64,000 nt of DNA, taken from assembly GCA_002269645.1 (NCBI GenBank), contig NIVC01001584.1, forward strand, positions 92,807 through 156,806. The letters are read 5' to 3'. Source of the stretch: Macrostomum lignano (lineage: Eukaryota). Shown here one piece after another: positions 61,901 to 64,000 of this stretch. Position numbers and translations under genes: made by a program. The notes beneath the pieces were generated by a model that saw only the letters and a program-made list of their open reading frames with translations, did no database searches and had not been told where the DNA came from. Each line of letters begins with the position of its first letter. Within the stretch, counting starts at the first letter, position 1.

Positions 61901-62752
61901 AATTCGTCTCGATTTAAAGGCGTCACTTCTGCAGGAAGTTTCTTTAAAAAGATTGCAAATCTTTGCTAGCCTAATCACGCCGGATGCGACTTCTCGAATG
62001 GAAGCTGGAGCAGATTTGCCTGCGAAGATGGAGCGCATCGGTCCTGTAGCCTTGCGCAATGGTCGCATGAAGATTTTACTTGGCAAGTCGATGTCAAATG
62101 ATCATCGTGGTGGCATAGCGCATCAGATCGAATTTGAATTGGCGCCATTTCAGCGATTCTATTTCTCGGTAAGTTGTAGCTCTATGATTGAAGTTGTTAG
62201 AACTTTGACTCTCAATTCGATGCTTGACTAATTGTCACTTGCAATTCCTTTCAGATAAAAGATGGTCCCCTGTTAGACCTGAGCTTCAACCAAGCCTCCG
62301 GTCGCCTGGTCTGGCAGCTCCTGACTTCCCGAAGCGGCGCTGGTGGCAACGGAACTCGATCAGTAAAAGATTCTGCTGCAGCAAGAGTTCTGGCAGTTGT
62401 GGATGCCGCAAATTCCGATGCTCAAATTGAAGTGAGCAGCGGGTTGCTGAACAGGCAGCATCGAATCTACTGGCCGAATCAAGTGCCCGCCTTGCTGTTT
62501 GCTGTCTTCAACGGAACCGCAGCTCACGCCGGTGCCCTGGCAGTCAACTCCGATTCCGACAGCGTCAAAGATGCCAGAAAAATTGATTTATGGTTCAGCG
62601 AATCTGTGCCGGCCAACGTGAGCTTCGGTTTTGCCGGCTTCCACCTGAGTCGCAACGGCTCGATGGAGTTGGCGACCTCGTGGCGTCTGCCCAGGGAGCC
62701 GGTGTTTCATGTGCGCGGTTTTATAAATAATTTATGCCGTTTTGTAGCGTAG
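49991..62752 (+). CDS. Large lipid transfer protein (apolipophorin/vitellogenin/apoB superfamily), multi-exon; may continue beyond the window
   Basis: Signal-peptide exon 49991-50066; exon 50342-50706 (EYRYAFEQ...LRFAISGGRIRAVC...SLNLQRGLLSMLQ); exon from 50794 (TDILGDC...KTKQLQEC); 51015-51487; 52165-52558; from 52792 (ALLAIGNLG). These are Vitellogenin_N hallmarks. Large downstream exons 56942-59165, 59235-62168 and from 62255. Some middle exons are unresolved. Confidence 0.82.
51555..51645 (+). mobile_element. Degenerate tRNA-derived SINE head (intronic)
   Basis: ggtcgtaacccagtggtctag (A-box-like) ... ggcttgattcc (B-box-like); does not fold as a tRNA. Confidence 0.35.
53346..53650 (+). 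mobile_element. tRNA-derived SINE with a Nin/Deu-like central domain
   Basis: A box tagccaagtgg, B box ggttcgattcc, core cttgagcaagacacttaactc...acccagctgtaaaatgg.tacc; body and tail shared with 55847-56200. Confidence 0.75.
55336..55846. repeat. ~18-bp G-rich minisatellite (ggggttgtagcctagt(t)g, ~28 copies) derived from the SINE 5' end
   Basis: The unit equals the first ~18 nt of the adjacent SINE head (gggttgtagcctagtgg). Confidence 0.92.
55847..56200 (+). mobile_element. tRNA-derived SINE, second copy, with an internal (TTG)n
   Basis: Collinear with 53346-53650, including the 3' ag..gtacgca.ccttcagatgcg.cgcgcaata. Confidence 0.75.
56942..59165 (+). CDS. Large internal exon of the lipid transfer protein gene
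   Basis: ORF 56955-59183 bounded by tttatcag| and GAG CAG|gtaaga; beta-strand-like alternating composition. Confidence 0.8.
59235..62168 (+). CDS. Largest exon (~978 codons) of the lipid transfer protein gene
   Basis: tttcag|GCC CTA and TTC TCG|gtaagt; phase 0 on both sides, consistent with the neighbouring exons. Confidence 0.82.
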
Positions 62753-62754
62753 GG

Positions 62755-64000
62755 TTAGACACGGTCTGAATTGTGTTAGACAGGATTTGAATGTTGTTAG
62801 ACACGATCATTTGAATAGTGTTAGACATGATCTGAATCCTATTAGACACGATCTGAATAGTATTGACACGATCATCTGAACAGTGTTACACGATCATCTA
62901 AACAGTGTTAGACACGATCATATAAATAGTGTTACACACGATCATCTGAACAGTGTTACACACGATCATCTAACAGTGTTACACACGATCATCTAAATAG
63001 TGTTACACACGATCATCTGAACAGTGTTAGACACGATCATCTAAACAGTGTTAGACACGATCATCTAAACAGTGTTAGACACGATCATCTGAACAGTGTT
63101 AGACACGATCATCTGAACAATTTTAGACACGATCATCTAAACAGTGTTAGACACAATCATCTAAACAGTGTTAGACACGATCATCTGAACAGTGTTAGAC
63201 ACGATCATCTAAACAGTGTTAGACGATCATCTGAACAGTGTTAGACACGATCATCTAAACAGTGTTAGACACGATCATCTAAACAGTGTTAGACACGATC
63301 ATCTGAACAATGTTAGACACGATCATCTAAACAATTTAGACACGATCATCTGAATAGTGTTAGACACGATTTGAATTGTGTTAGACACGATTTGAATAGT
63401 GTTAGACACGATTTGAATATTGTTAGACACGATTTGAATAGTGTTAGACACGATTTGAATAGTGTTAGACACGATTTGAATATTGTTAGACACGATTTGA
63501 ATAGTGTTAGACACATTTGAATAGTGTTAGACACGATTTGAATTGTGTTAGACACGATTTGAATATTGTTAGACACGATTTGAATATTGTTAGACACGAT
63601 TTGAATAGTGTTAGACACGATTTGAATATTGTTAGACACGATTTGAATATTGTTAGACACGATTTGAATAGTGTTAGACACGATTTGAATAGTGTTAGAC
63701 ACGATTTGAATAGTGTTAGACACGATTTGAATAGTGTTAGACACGATTTGAATAGTTGTTAGACACGATTTGAATAGTGTTAGACACGATTTGAATATGT
63801 TAGACACGATTTGAATAGTGTTAGACACGATTTGAATAGTGTTAGACACGATTTGAATAGAGTTAGACACGATTTGAATATTGTTAGACACGATTTGAAT
63901 AGTGTTAGACACGATTTGAATAGTGTTGAGACACGATTTGAATATTGTTAGACACGATTTGAATTGTGTTAGACACGATTTGAATAGTGTTAGACACGAT
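62755..64000. repeat. Minisatellite changing from a 24-bp unit (tgttagacacgatcatctaaacag) to a 21-bp unit (tgttagacacgatttgaatag); runs off the window
   Basis: The unit change is visible at ~63350. Confidence 0.96.

Noticed and set aside
63323-63912. IQIVSNT-repeat ORFs
   Set aside because: Translation of the 21-bp satellite.

Overview
This is eukaryotic (animal, probably invertebrate) genomic DNA, not a prokaryotic window: it has GT-AG introns, MITEs, SINEs, minisatellites and microsatellites. The species cannot be determined from the sequence. From left to right it contains: (1) three tandem paralogs encoding large proteins built from 6-9 degenerate LRAT/NC (permuted NlpC/P60) modules plus C-terminal membrane segments (4.6-8.7, 16.0-20.2 and 21.9-24.9 kb; copy 1 has a 1-bp frameshift, copy 2 an in-frame TGA, copy 3 is intact); (2) a 5-exon Rab2 gene (26287-45072) whose introns are packed with nested DNA transposons and satellites; (3) inside Rab2 intron 4, an 8,519-bp Polinton/Maverick (adintovirus-like) element with AGTAG...CTACT ends and a perfect 6-bp TSD (TCGATT); (4) a two-exon orphan gene ending in a CaaX-like motif; (5) a large lipid-transfer protein gene (apolipophorin/vitellogenin/apoB family) running to a terminal satellite. 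The Polinton carries only a virion module (major and minor capsid, packaging ATPase, putative core, fibre and membrane proteins) and has no pPolB, integrase or protease. Its ~1.75-kb inverted arms duplicate whole genes and create an in-frame chimeric ORF. The two strongest candidates for something undescribed are this capsid-only, mirror-ended Polinton derivative and the poly-LRAT pseudoenzyme-array family. Family assignments come from motif recognition by eye; no database search was run.
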